This document shows positions 13,933-27,708 of a DNA stretch of 64,000 nt, piece after piece; position 1 is the stretch's first letter, and each line of letters begins with the position of its first letter. The notes beneath the pieces are model-generated. The model saw only the letters and a list, made by a program, of their open reading frames with translations. It was not told the DNA's origin and ran no database searches. The DNA lies in NCBI RefSeq assembly GCF_001194135.2, contig NC_068999.1, positions 518,151-582,150 of the forward strand, in the 5' to 3' direction. The stretch comes from Octopus bimaculoides (Eukaryota). The position numbers and the translations under genes were made by a program.

Positions 13933-14745
13933 CACACATACATACATAGTGTGAGACGGAAAGTGTGTGTGAATATATATCTATATATGCATATACACAA
14001 AGACATATACATATATACACACACACACACACATNNNNNNNNNNNNNNNNNNNNNNNNNNNNNNNNNNNNNNNNNNNNNNNNNNNNNNNNNNNNNNNNNN
14101 NNNNNNNNNNNNNNNNNNNNNNNNNNNNNNNNNNNNNNNNNNNNNNNNNNNNNNNNNNNNNNNNNNNNNNNNNNNNNNNNNNNNNNNNNNNNNNNNNNNN
14201 NNNNNNNNNNNNNNNNNNNNNNNNNNNNNNNNNNNATATATATATATATATATATATGTATAAACAGAATGAGACCGGTAAACAATTTAGTTTCCATCTA
14301 GTAATGAAATATTCATTCAATAATTGATTTCAATCTCATCTTTTTCTCCTTCTTCCTAACGTCATTTTATCTTCTCTTTATATTTTATTCTCTGTTTTGT
14401 TCAATCTCTACACTGTTCTGATTGCTTTGCTAATCTTCACAATATTTTATTTCCCCAACAAACTATAATATTTATCGCAGTAACATCATTTATTAACGTA
14501 TCGTAGCAACCTAATTAACGCTAATTTCTGGTTGAATATTTAGTATATTGTTTGTTTCTCGAGAAAGTAATTCTTTCTGTTATGTTATATAATATAATTG
14601 GTTTCCTTTTGAAAGAAGCCATAACACATTTTTTTGCTTTTTGCTTTGTTTCTTTTCCTTATTGAGATGTAATAAATATACAAAGGTACATTTATATATA
14701 TATATATATATATATGCTTATATTTATGCATACATAAACACACAC

Positions 14746-14815
<70 letters not shown>

Positions 14816-15439
14816 ATTTATAGATAGATAGGTAAATAGATAGACAGACAGATTGATAAATAGTTAGTTAGATAGATAGATACATACATACATACATACA
14901 TACGTACATACACACACACACGTCGAATTCGGAAGTTGTGGTGTTAGTGGCCCTTCGAAGTATACCAGTCTCGTTGATAACTTGAGATGATTATTTCAAA
15001 CTCTGGAACAAAACCGTGTTACTCTGTCTCTTACCTGAAATATCTGCCTGTCTGTTTTATTTGTCTGTTTTTGTCGTCTGTCAGTCTGTCTTCCACGCTT
15101 TTCATCTAAATTTTAAGTTATTTTAACGAAATATACCCAAATGCGGTTTATTGTCTGAGTCATTAGATCTTTGTAACGTCCTTCGTGTTTTTTTTATCTG
15201 TTCTTCCTCTTTATATTTTGGGTTCGAATTCTATGGCCCCCAACGCTGATAGGCTTCCTCCTGTCAAAACCTGCTCTGTAGTTGCTGTTAATGTTGGTGT
15301 CACTCAGATCCACAGCAGCTCTGAGAAATATATGAGATGCTTTCCATTTAGGAGAGGTTGTTATCGTTGTCTTAGATTATTGTAATTTCAGCATATCATT
15401 ACTATGCATCTAGTAAGATTATCTGTTAACTTTCATTAT

Positions 15440-15650
15440 TCCAGATTGGAGGAGACGGCTGCATCTGCTCTTTGAACACATCCGCCTAAACACGACTTGT
15501 CAAAGCTGACTTCTTTGAAGAATGCAATCGGGATGAGAAAACAATTCGGAAGCTCGCTATTCGATAAAGTTTTGTGTTAAACTGGGCAAAACGCTCGAGA
15601 AACATATAAAATGACGCTCTGGACTGTTTAGGGATTAATTTATATGAGTC
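15440..15650 (+). pseudogene. Mariner transposase N-terminal relic
   Basis: From ATG 15522: MQSG*ENNSEARYSIKFCVKLGKT, then after a frameshift ETYKM..TV. This matches the mariner 'R..IKFCVKLGK...ETY.M' motif. Confidence 0.7.
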
Positions 15651-15661
15651 AAATATCTATT

Positions 15662-15775
15662 TGAAGGTAGAGGGATTAGTTGTAGTATTAAATCGGGAAA
15701 AGTATTAAGTCCATCAGTCGACAGCAAAAGCGATTAATCTAACGGACATTCATACACTTTGAGTCCTCGAAATTT
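15662..15775 (-). mobile_element. Family-2 SINE fragment (diverged)
   Basis: The reverse strand resembles the central/3' part of the + copy at 31618-31820 (ttttgctgtcgac..gatggacttaatac). Confidence 0.45.
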
Positions 15776-16538
15776 CCCAATCTGGGGCTATGAGAAAGAT
15801 TGAACCCGACTCTACATGATCTAAAAGAGAATTTCTTAAAACAGTCACATCTCAGTTATAACTAATATCAGTCCGGTATTTTGAGAGAAGTTCTATAATT
15901 TATAACACTCCAGTGACAATCCACTTATATAAACAATGATATATGAAATTATTCATGAAGCCTTTGGGTCGTATCGCATATCTTTGTATGAAAAAACAAG
16001 GAATATAATCGAGTTACACTTATGAATTGTGACTGTAAGAATCTTCAGAGGAATCAGCAGCATTCGTCAAATCATTTTGACGTTCACCGATTCTATATTT
16101 ATCAAAAAGAGGAATTAGCATGTCTCAGCTTATCAAGATATGACGATGGACAAAAAAAAAAAAAAAAAAAAAANNNNNNNNNNAAAAAAAAAAAAAAAAA
16201 AGAAAAATAATGTAATAAACCACAAAGATAGCACAAATGGAAAAGAAAAAAATGACTGAAATTATGAAGAAAAAAAGCTACCTTCCTCATAAATATTAAA
16301 GAGGATTAAGGCAACGTAAAATTTAACAGAACAGGAAGGAGATAGTGAGAGGAAAGAAGAGAGAAAAAGCAATTTTCTTCTTAAAATATATATCAGGAAG
16401 TTAGACATATACATAAACATAAACACGTACATACACACACGCAGATATATATATATATATACAGAGGAGGCACTACACAATTCTAACGAAAGTTTGAGCC
16501 AGGCATATATTATTTTTGTACTATAGACAAACAAAAGG

Positions 16539-16605
<67 letters not shown>

Positions 16606-16651
16606 GAGGGCGAGAGAGAGAGATGTATGTATACATTTTTAAAACTATTCG

Positions 16652-16693
<42 letters not shown>

Positions 16694-16994
16694 CGCACAT
16701 AAAAAAGATATTTCTAGCATATTTATTTATACGGGTTCATCATAAATAATGTACGTGATCACGCAATACCGCTTTGATAAAAAGTGTAATTGTAATACAC
16801 TCACAAAGTAATATCTCCTGTTGTTAGCGTCTTTTTCGTGAACGTAAGCAATAATTGCATAATTCACTTATTCAAATTACCTATATTTGCTCGTCATGTT
16901 CTCACAATGAAGTCTACTTTCGATGACAAAATACGTTGACGACATAAAACCTACAACAATGTTTGCATGGCTTTGAATAGTCTTTTGTCTTACA

Positions 16995-17190
16995 TCTTTA
17001 TCTTTCTTTTACTTCATTGGACTGTGGCCTGAATGGAACACCGTAATTAAGGCTTCTTTCTTTGTTTATTGTCAGGAATTGAACCCGGTACTTATTTCTA
17101 AGTGTGATGCTTATTCAATATTTTGTTTATTGCCGTACTTCTAGGTTACGGGGGTGTAAACAAACGAACACCAGTTGTGAAGCGTTGGAG
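16995..17190 (-). mobile_element. Family-1 SINE, 3' half (diverged)
   Basis: ggactgtggcc..ggaacacc...gtacttatt...ggttacgggggtgtaaacaaacgaacaccagttgtgaagcg. Confidence 0.65.
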
Positions 17191-17214
17191 GATATATACT
17201 TGTTTAATTAAATT

Positions 17215-17645
17215 AGGTTGTCGCTCATAACCTCAACTATGGTCATAAATGTCGGGTAATGTCCGCTCGCAGAGACGAGCGACAGACAGAGTTCTTCTGA
17301 AGGCTTACTGCAGTAACGTTACTCAACAGTATACAAAGCTTGGAGATCAGGGAATCGCAACAGGCCGAGCCTGCACTTGCCTGCATTGGGAGGCGGTAGT
17401 TTCGGTATAATTGATATGTGATTAGAATGTTGCAGCAATGAAGCGTAAGACGAATTCTTTTATTCTAACCAGCAAAAACGGTATGAATGAGAAATAGTGG
17501 TAGGCCAAGAACGAGATGGTTGGAGAAGATCAATAGTTTCATATGGTCTCATTTTGGAATCAAGCCGGCGCTATCGAAGAGTAGCCTGAGGATTCTACCC
17601 ACACGATTCTCCCATGAAAAGTGGGCAGAAAAGATGGATGGATGA
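17215..17645 (+). mobile_element. RTE-clade (Expander/Rex3-like) LINE 3' fragment
   Basis: One frame from 17226, with several stops, reads NLNYGHKCRVM...F*RLTAVTLLNSIQSLEIRESQQAEP...YVIRMLQQ*SVRRILL...RNSGRPRTRWLEKI...WSHFGI. It has the GRPRTRW motif and ends in a GATG/GGAT tail. Confidence 0.8.
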
Positions 17646-17652
17646 ACGAGTG

Positions 17653-17688
<36 letters not shown>

Positions 17689-18993
17689 NNNNNNNNNNNN
17701 NNNNNNNNNNNNNNNNNNNNNNNNNNNNNNNNNNNNNNNNNNNNNNNNNNNNNNNNNNNNNNNNNNNNNNNNNNNNNNNNNNNNNNNNNNNNNNNNNNNN
17801 NNNNNNNNNNNNNNNNNNNNNNNNNNNNNNNNNNNNNNNNNNNNNNNNNNNNNNNNNNNNNNNNNNNNNNNNNNNNNNNNNNNNNNNNNNNNNNNNNNNN
17901 NNNNNNNNNNNNNNNNNNNNNNNNNNNNNNNNNNNNNNNNNNNNNNNNNNNNNNNNNNNNNNNNNNNNNNNNNNNNNNNNNNNNNNNNNNNNNNNNNNNN
18001 NNNNNNNNNNNNNNNNNNNNNNNNNNNNNNNNNNNNNNNNNNNNNNNNNNNNNNNNNNNNNNNNNNNNNNNNNNNNNNNNNNNNNNNNNNNNNNNNNNNN
18101 NNNNNNNNNNNNNNNNNNNNNNNNNNNNNNNNNNNNNNNNNNNNNNNNNNNNNNNNNNNNNNNNNNNNNNNNNNNNNNNNNNNNNNNNNNNNNNNNNNNN
18201 NNNNNNNNNNNNNNNNNNNNNNNNNNNNNNNNNNNNNNNNNNNNNNNNNNNNNNNNNNNNNNNNNNNNNNNNNNNNNNNNNNNNNNNNNNNNNNNNNNNN
18301 NNNNNNNNNNNNNNNNNNNNNNNNNNNNNNNNNNNNNNNNNNNNNNNNNNNNNNNNNNNNNNNNNNNNNNNNNNNNNNNNNNNNNNNNNNNNNNNNNNNN
18401 NNNNNNNNNNNNNNNNNNNNNNNNNNNNNNNNNNNNNNNNNNNNNNNNNNNNNNNNNNNNNNNNNNNNNNNNNNNNNNNNNNNNNNNNNNNNNNNNNNNN
18501 NNNNNNNNNNNNNNATATATATATATATATATATACGTATGTGTGCATGTGTGCATATATATATGCATTTATTTGTGTATGTATGTGTATGTATGTGTAT
18601 GTAAGAATATAAATGTGAATATATTAGATTTCAACAAAAATAACGATGCATAAGCAACAAACCAGCTCTAAATGTAGCCGAAGGCTAACTCTGCATCCGC
18701 AACCAACTGGAGTAACAATTCAGCATCGAAAAAAACATTCTCAATACTCTGTTAAAGAGAGACAAAACCTATGCAAACATCGAGTATAATTTTGTTTACG
18801 AAGCCCTTAAGAAATACGATACTTAATAATGGACTGAAATTTGTAAATATATAAAATAAATATCAGAACCCCCAAATATTCTTGATAGTAGGTGCATTTA
18901 AGTGTTTTTCTTTAACGAAAGCCTACATATCTCCCCGATATTTACATTATCCAACAGAAACAAATATTTGTTTTACTGATTGTCTTCCCATAG

Positions 18994-19113
18994 TCGGGTG
19001 TATCTCCAACGCTTTTGAGTCTGGCGAAGCTACAAATGCAGCTCTTAATGTCATCTAAGAGAATCAATTGACAAGGTAAATCTGAAGAATCTGGTCATAG
19101 TTTGATCAATAAA
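18994..19113 (+). CDS. Candidate terminal exon
   Basis: Strong acceptor ttactgattgtcttcccatag|. In phase 1 it reads (V)GCISNAFESGEATNAALNVI*, with AATAAA at 19108-19113. Phase-compatible with 12908-13005. Confidence 0.2.
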
Positions 19114-19789
19114 AAATGTCTTCGCATTTTTTAAATAATTAGTTTGACATATAAGATAACCTTCAGAATAGAATGATAAGATGGCGGTGATACAGCAATC
19201 TTAATTCTGGATAATATTGAGATGTTCCAAGTAATTGTAGTCTTATAAGATCTTGTGAACTGATCCATTTAAGTATTTATTAACACAGTTACTGTGTTGC
19301 AGGTAGCGGGACGCAAACCAGACTTGGGACTTTAGGGACTTAAACAGCAAGGCAGGCGCGCAACTAACGTTATGCACAAGACGCAACTTGTCCTTATGAA
19401 AAATGAAAGATTGTAGCTTATTGTAATCGGAGAAGATTCATTTGAAAAAATAGTAGACAGCATCGAGAATTCATACTAGAGTTTGTTAATTTGATACATT
19501 GGTAACGTGCGTGGGATCTGATTATGATGTGAGATGGATAATTAAAAATAGTGAGGCTACTTTAATCAACGCGAAGAGTGAGTAATCTAAAGTGTATTGG
19601 TAGAAAAAGGAATATTCTGTGTGTAAGATGGGCAGTGAATGATAGTAATCTCTCTCTCGTAGTCCGAGAAAGAAAGGTCTGCAAACGACCAGCACACATT
19701 TGCTCTCTAGTGATCAAATTTTTTGTTGTACATTAGTTCTTTCTCTCCATTAAATTCATGTCAAGTGTCGAATGTTTTGCTCAGGAGGG

Positions 19790-20180
19790 TAGTGAATAAT
19801 GTAAGTTTAATTCATGTAAATTGTAAACAACACAAGTTTTAATGTGAATAATAAAGTGACAAGTTTAATTGTCGTGAAGAATGGATAATCTCAAGTCTAA
19901 TTGAGGTTAGTAGAGAATACTCTGGTGTTTAGTTAAAGTTAGCAGTAATTAAATTCGTGTTCAGTTGACGGTAACAGTGAATATTATCGTAATTAATTTA
20001 GGTTTTAATAGAATGATCTCGTATTAAAATCGAAGTTACTTGCTAATAATTCCACGCTTAAATGGAGGCAGTAATTTATCTCGTGTTTAGTTGAAGGTAA
20101 TAGCGAATATTGTAGAAATTTATACAGTAATGGGGGGATAATTTCGTGGTTAATTGGCGTGAGAAAGTAATCTCATATTT
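19790..20180. repeat. Degenerate ~30-bp minisatellite
   Basis: Recurring units such as atctcgtgtttagttgaaggtaatagcgaata and aattcgtgttcagttgacggtaacagtgaata. Confidence 0.6.
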
Positions 20181-20660
20181 CAAATCCTCTTTCATTTTCG
20201 TATAAGAAAGACAGAAAAAGTAGCGGTACTCTACGGGCATCATAGATCTCAAAACAAGTAACGCCTCCTTAGTAACATAATCATAAGATATTCTTGCTGG
20301 CTAACTATGCATCAAAAGGAATTGTATTTCAGTGTTATATGTATTGAGAAACAAAATCTCCGATGACATTCGAACAGATAGCTATCTCAAATGTAACGTA
20401 GATATCAGTTTTCAAAATAATAACATCGTGATTATCTTATTAAATATTCATGCTAATCCATGTTCAGCCAGCCATTATTCAAGCGCAGACATGCGGACGT
20501 ACGTGTTGCGCTTGCTCGCGTTGCAGTTATTGTTGTTGATTAATCTGACTGAGATTAATCTGACTTAGACGAAAGGAATTCAAGTCATGACATTACTTTG
20601 GCTGCATACATAAAAACACAGTATCACACACGTACATACGCACCCATGCACAGACATATT

Positions 20661-20708
<48 letters not shown>

Positions 20709-21468
20709 TATGTATGAATGATAACGTGAGAACTCAAATGTTGAATATGAGCTGCACTTGAAGAGGTGCTTCGGCGGTCAAGAGAGTGAGCGATATTCTA
20801 AATGACATAGACAATATGTACGCTAAGAATCGAACTCATATATATATATATTGACATCTAGTTTAAATATATATTCATGTATGTATGTGTATATACATAT
20901 ATATTTATATATGTGTGTGTGTGCGTGTGTGTGTGTATTTGTGTAGATAGAAAGTGACGCAGATGAGCATTTGTGTATAAGAATATCGATATTTATATAT
21001 TTACATAACTAATTTACGTGGAGTACCAAAATGCAGAAAACTAAGAGGACAAGGCATGCCATTTCAATTTCCCTAGTTTCGGATCCCTCCATGTTGAAGA
21101 CGGACGTACACACATACACACACAAACACCCACACCCACACATACGCGCACCTCACCCCCGCACTTAGACATACACGTATAAGTGTTTATATATTTCAAT
21201 TTCAATATAGACAATGAAAACGAATGACTTACAAGCTGCCTGACCTCGTACAACCACAACAAAAATAAAATCTTCAAATTTCATGTAGACTTGTTGCTAC
21301 AGAATAACGCATGAAATGTAATCGAAGCCAAACCGAAAACAATAATATAATTAATTCACAAAATAGATCAGGATTACATTTTCCAGCCAGAAAGAAAATC
21401 TACTAGAGTGCACAGAGAACATGGTTCAGCGATTATATAGCTTAATATGATATGTAAAGTTCCCGGTC

Positions 21469-21525
<57 letters not shown>

Positions 21526-22011
21526 ATATAACAGAATTTCATTTGTATATTTGGCAAATCGGAACGCAAATGTATTTCTGCAAACACCCTGCACTCGTCG
21601 AGCCAAAAGCCAAGACTATTTCAGCTGGAAAAATGCGTATGTATGTATGTCAATATATTACACACGCATATATATATATATATANNNNNNNNNNNNNNNN
21701 NNNNNNNNNNNNNNNNNNNNNNNNNNNNNNNNNNNNNNNNNNNNNNNNNNNNNNNNNNNNNNNNNNNNNNNNNNNNNNNNNNNNNNNNNNNNNNNNNNNN
21801 NNNNNNNNNNNNNNNNNNNNNNNNNNNNNNNNNNNNNNNNNNNNNNNNNNNNNNNNNNNNNNNNNNNNNNNNNNNNNNNNNNNNNNNNNNNNNNNNNNNN
21901 NNNNNNNNNNNNNNNNNNNNNNNNNNNNNNNNNNNNNNNNNNNNNNNNNNNNNNNNNNNNNNNNNNNNNNNNNNNNNNNNNNNNNNNNNNNNNNNATATA
22001 TGTGTGTGTAT

Positions 22012-22097
<86 letters not shown>

Positions 22098-23009
22098 TGA
22101 TTGATATAGATGTACATATATACATAGATATATCCAGATTTATATAGACAATGTTACAAAAAATAAAAAATGACATGCGCTTTGGAAAGACTGAAATTTT
22201 CGACTAATTCAAGTTTATTAAATTTTATGAAATCTTGTCTCTATAGGGTGGCTCAATAGATAGAGGGAAGCTAAAATATAATTAATAATTGTATAAAATA
22301 AATGAAGTATGATTCTTCTAGTGTACATAATGAATGTGGTTCAGTGAAATGCAACAATGTACTCTTAACAACATTAACTAATAAATAAACAAAATACACG
22401 GAAGCATATATTTTCAAGCCATACATATCTATATTGTATTGCAATGATATGCGCTTGGGTGCGAGAGAATAAGTGTAAGCACATATGTATATATATTTAC
22501 TAATACAATGTATGTTTTTATATAGATACACATAGATGATATATGATAATACAACATATATGAAAACAATATTCATATATATATGAATAATATGTGTCTG
22601 TGTGTGTGTATTATATTACGAGTGTATCTGCATGTAAATTTCTAGTTGTGTACAAGACTACACATGACTGCGTATACACAAACACACACTCACACTTATA
22701 TACAGATACATATATACATCATATATACATATATACATCATAAATGTATATATCTGGTTATATTATATGAAATCATATTATAGTATATTATATAAATGTG
22801 TGTATTTTTGTGTCAATGACTTCGTATATGTTGATGCAACACATTTAGCATTTAAAACTGATTTTTATATGTTCCCCTGTTTAAGAGATATATCTCCTCG
22901 ACCTGTGGCTATACTACATATTGCTATCTTTCTCATATACCTGAAATTTATCACCCTACCAGATACATCTGCACCACCTGATGCTCCTCAACCAGTTTTT
23001 GAGTGTCCC

Positions 23010-23085
23010 ACCTAACAGGAGTCAGTGCTAAATGTGTCGAAACAATTGTCGTAATCAATAATAATTTCTCGTATATTCCATCTTC
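23010..23085 (+). mobile_element. Penelope-type terminal-repeat fragment with a decayed hammerhead 3' core
   Basis: gtgtc-GAAA-CAATTG-TC at 23034-23050 (palindromic ACAATTGT then C). Homologous to 48575-48640. Confidence 0.45.
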
Positions 23086-23198
23086 CGCGGCCATGCCAGT
23101 GCACCACGTGTCGAAAGCGTTAGATATCTGTGAGCCCTTGAATCCCAAGCCATTGCAGAACATGCTTCTTACTCTCCCTCTCTCTCTCTCTCTCTCTG

Positions 23199-23230
<32 letters not shown>

Positions 23231-23561
23231 TATTATTTACATACACACATACATGCCTACATACATACATACATACATACATGCATGCATACATACATAC
23301 ATACATACATGCATGCATACATACATATATGCGTACATACATGCATACATACATATCGATTTCTTGTATCTGTTGGCTATTCTTCCGCCGTAAATGCATT
23401 TCCTGAGATTTTCGAACCGAAATTTAAATCAGTGATGATTGTATTTCTCTTTCTGACTCTGCTGATAACAAAATTACTGGAGCATCTTATACATATACAA
23501 TTGTTTTATACGAGCAATAAAATGCTTTTCTATATCTTGTGTTGCTGAGGGAGGGCATTGA

Positions 23562-23599
<38 letters not shown>

Positions 23600-23998
23600 T
23601 TATCTATCAATCTATCTATATATCTATTTCTCTCTCTCTATGTATGCATGTGTGTATGTATGTATATGCATGTATATATATAGACAAGAAAGGGAAAGCA
23701 AGAAAAAGACAGGGCTGAATCCTTAGCTCTTCAATGTCCCCCTCTTATTTTTGCTATATTCTCCGAGGCCGTGCTTAAAATATATTCTTCATAATCCCAT
23801 ATCTCTTTCTCTCTTTAACTTCCCTCTCGTATATGACTGTATATACATATGCATATACATACACACACATACACACGCACACACATGTATATTTACGTAA
23901 ATACATACATACATACATACATATATATAAATACATACATACATACATACATATATATATATACATACATATATACATACATATATATATATACATAC

Positions 23999-24037
<39 letters not shown>

Positions 24038-24428
24038 NNNNNNNNNNNNNNNNNNNNNNNNNNNNNNNNNNNNNNNNNNNNNNNNNNNNNNNNNNNNNNN
24101 NNNNNNNNNNNNNNNNNNNNNNNNNNNNNNNNNNNNNNNNNNNNNNNNNNNNNNNNNNNNNNNNNNNNNNNNNNNNNNNNNNNNNNNNNNNNNNNNNNNN
24201 NNNNNNNNNNNNNNNNNNNNNNNNNNNNNNNNNNNNNNNNNNNNNNNNNNNNNNNNNNNNNNNNNNNNNNNNNNNNNNNNNNNNNNNNNNNNNNNNNNNN
24301 NNNNNNNNNNNNNNNNNNNNNNNNNNNNNNNNNNNNNNNNNNNNNNNNNNNNNNNNNNNNNNNNNNNNNNNNNNNNNNNNNNNNNNNNNNNNNNNNNNNN
24401 NNNNNNNNNNNNNNNNNNNNNNNNNNNN

Positions 24429-24477
<49 letters not shown>

Positions 24478-25077
24478 ACGACATATGAGAGTATGAACAA
24501 ACGACCAATACATTATCCCAGCTATAAACACAGAAATACTGAATAGAAAATCAACGCAGATCTATCCATTGGGTTTTTACAAGCTGTGAATTATAATACA
24601 CAAAACAAGAACGTGTTGTAGAAATGAACGTATAGAGGTACTGAGCAATCGCCATAATATAAATGTATCTGTTATTTTCTTGTGGAAACTAGCCACCTCC
24701 GAAATGTTGCAGTTATAAATGCTTGCTATATATTGCATGTCATTTATCTTCATCTAATCCGCTGAGATTATTCTTATTTCGATTTTCTAAGAATTCAAAC
24801 AGCATGCATATTGGCGTCGTCTCTCCGTTGTTTATACTCAACTGGATTATGTTCTAAGATAAGATGGTGCTTTACTATCTAAATCAAATGCAGTCCGTTT
24901 TCTTTTAGATTCCTCACACATACTTTTGCAGGTGTAGATTAAATGAAGACCCGTGTGATGCACATCAATGGAATACCATGACACCCTCAGAATCTTGAAT
25001 ATCGACGGGAACAACCTAGTACTCAATATACAAACAAGTGTGCTTGCATGCATGTATGTATACTTACATTTAAATAG

Positions 25078-25108
<31 letters not shown>

Positions 25109-25308
25109 TGTATGTATGTACGTACGGTTGTATGCCTGTCTGATTGTCCTGGGAATGACATTAAACTGCATTCCAGAAGAGGCATTATTTCGAGAGTCTT
25201 GGAATTGTGGGGAACGTGGAGTCATCTCTTAATTACCATTACTCCCAGGTCCTGAGTATATGTATGATTAAATATATGTACGTATGTATATATATAAATA
25301 TATATTGA

Positions 25309-27708
25309 CCTTACCTCTCCAACACCACCCTCCTCACCAGCACCCAGCACCGACCCTATCACATCACCGACTCCTTCACCTGCACTTCCACCAACATCAT
25401 CTATTGCCTCTCCTGCTCTCTCTGCCATTCTCTGTACATCGGACAAACGGGGCGCCGCCTGGCCGACCGATTCGCGGAACACCTCCGAGACATCAACGTT
25501 GGTAATGACACCCCGGTGTCACGCCACTTCCGTTCTGCCGGCCACTCCTTGCAGCAACACCTGTCTGTGTTTGGATTGTCCATGCACAGGGGCAATCCGG
25601 ACTCCCGTTTGCGCCGTGAACAGGGATTAATCTGCNNNNNNNNNNNNNNNNNNNNNNNNNNNNNNNNNNNNNNNNNNNNNNNNNNNNNNNNNNNNNNNNN
25701 NNNNNNNNNNNNNNNNNNNNNNNNNNNNNNNNNNNNNNNNNNNNNNNNNNNNNNNNNNNNNNNNNNNNNNNNNNNNNNNNNNNNNNNNNNNNNNNNNNNN
25801 NNNNNNNNNNNNNNNNNNNNNNNNNNNNNNNNNNNNNNNNNNNNNNNNNNNNNNNNNNNNNNNNNNNNNNNNNNNNNNNNNNNNNNNNNNNNNNNNNNNN
25901 NNNNNNNNNNNNNNNNNNNNNNNNNNNNNNNNNNNNNNNNNNNNNNNNNNNNNNNNNNNNNNNNNNNNNNNNNNNNNNNNNNNNNNNNNNNNNNNNNNNN
26001 NNNNNNNNNNNNNNNNNNNNNNNNNNNNNNNNNNNNNNNNNNNNNNNNNNNNNNNNNNNNNNNNNNNNNNNNNNNNNNNNNNNNNNNNNNNNNNNNNNNN
26101 NNNNNNNNNNNNNNNNNNNNNNNNNNNNNNNNNNNNNNNNNNNNNNNNNNNNNNNNNNNNNNNNNNNNNNNNNNNNNNNNNNNNNNNNNNNNNNNNNNNN
26201 NNNNNNNNNNNNNNNNNNNNNNNNNNNNNNNNNNNNNNNNNNNNNNNNNNNNNNNNNNNNNNNNNNNNNNNNNNNNNNNNNNNNNNNNNNNNNNNNNNNN
26301 NNNNNNNNNNNNNNNNNNNNNNNNNNNNNTCCTACTTCTCTTCACTCCCACTTCTCTTCACCCCTACTCTTTCTCTCCTCTCTCTTACTCTCTCTCACTC
26401 TCTTCTCTCGTACTCCCCCTCTCTCAATTCACCTTCCCTCTCTTATACCCACCCTCTCTCCTCTCTTCCTCTCTCCTCCCATACCCATCTTCCCCCTCTC
26501 TTACATCCACCTTCCCCTTCCCCCTTCATCGTCAACACCCCGTCATAAGCTCATCCCACCACACCCCAACACACTCCTACTCTACCTTCCCACTCCACCC
26601 CATTCCTTACGCCCACCACCCACTTCCTACCCACATACCCTACCCTACCAACAGACCCCTACCTCTACCCCACCCTCAGCCTAACCCACACTCACCCATG
26701 NNNNNNNNNNTCTTACTCTCTCACCCTTACTATCTCACTCTCTTCTCTCTTTCCCTCTCTTTCCCTCTCTCTCACTCTCTTTCGCTTTCTCTCTTTCTCC
26801 CCCACATACCCCTCTTCCCTCTCTCTCACTCTCTTCTCTCACTCTCTTCTCTCTTCCTCTCTTTCTCCCCCCATACCCACCTTCCCCCTCTTTCTCCCCC
26901 ATACCCACCTTCCCCCTCTTTCTTCCCCCATACCCACCTNNNNNNNNNNNNNNNNNNNNNNNNNNNNNNNNNNNNNNNNNNNNNNNNNNNNNNNNNNNNN
27001 NNNNNNNNNNNNNNNNNNNNNNNNNNNNNNNNNNNNNNNNNNNNNNNNNNNNNNNNNNNNNNNNNNNNNNNNNNNNNNNNNNNNNNNNNNNNNNNNNNNN
27101 NNNNNNNNNNNNNNNNNNNNNNNNNNNNNNNNNNNNNNNNNNNNNNNNNNNNNNNNNNNNNNNNNNNNNNNNNNNNNNNNNNNNNNNNNNNNNNNNNNNN
27201 NNNNNNNNNNNNNNNNNNNNNNNNNNNNNNNNNNNNNNNNNNNNNNNNNNNNNNNNNNNNNNNNNNNNNNNNNNNNNNNNNNNNNNNNNNNNNNNNNNNN
27301 NNNNNNNNNNNNNNNNNNNNNNNNNNNNNNNNNNNNNNNNNNNNNNNNNNNNNNNNNNNNNNNNNNNNNNNNNNNNNNNNNNNNNNNNNNNNNNNNNNNN
27401 NNNNNNNNNNNNNNNNNNNNNNNNNNNNNNNNNNNNNNNNNNNNNNNNNNNNNNNNNNNNNNNNNNNNNNNNNNNNNNNNNNNNNNNNNNNNNNNNNNNN
27501 NNNNNNNNNNNNNNNNNNNNNNNNNNNNNNNNNNNNNNNNNNNNNNNNNNNNNNNNNNNNNNNNNNNNNNNNNNNNNNNNNNNNNNNNNNNNNNNNNNNN
27601 NNNNNNNNNNNNNNNNNNNNNNNNNNNNNNNNNNNNNNNNNNACTAATACATCCTTTTGTTATTTACACCACCTGTCCTCGTCTGTTGTTGTTTTTTCGT
27701 ATATTCTC

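Noticed and set aside
15240-15335. Minus-strand exon-like segment reading AAVDLSDTNINSNYRAGFDRRKP
   Set aside because: There is a good acceptor but no convincing donor before the stop, and no recognised homology.
16729-16760. Possible mariner TIR start (tacgggttcatcataaataatg)
   Set aside because: No matching inverted partner or transposase sequence was found nearby.
22951-23163. [18 protein letters not shown]..., similar to the CNSLGFSGPQ segment of the 47-kb LINE
   Set aside because: Only about 15 residues resemble the LINE, and the rest overlaps a terminal-repeat fragment on the other strand. At most a tiny LINE scrap.
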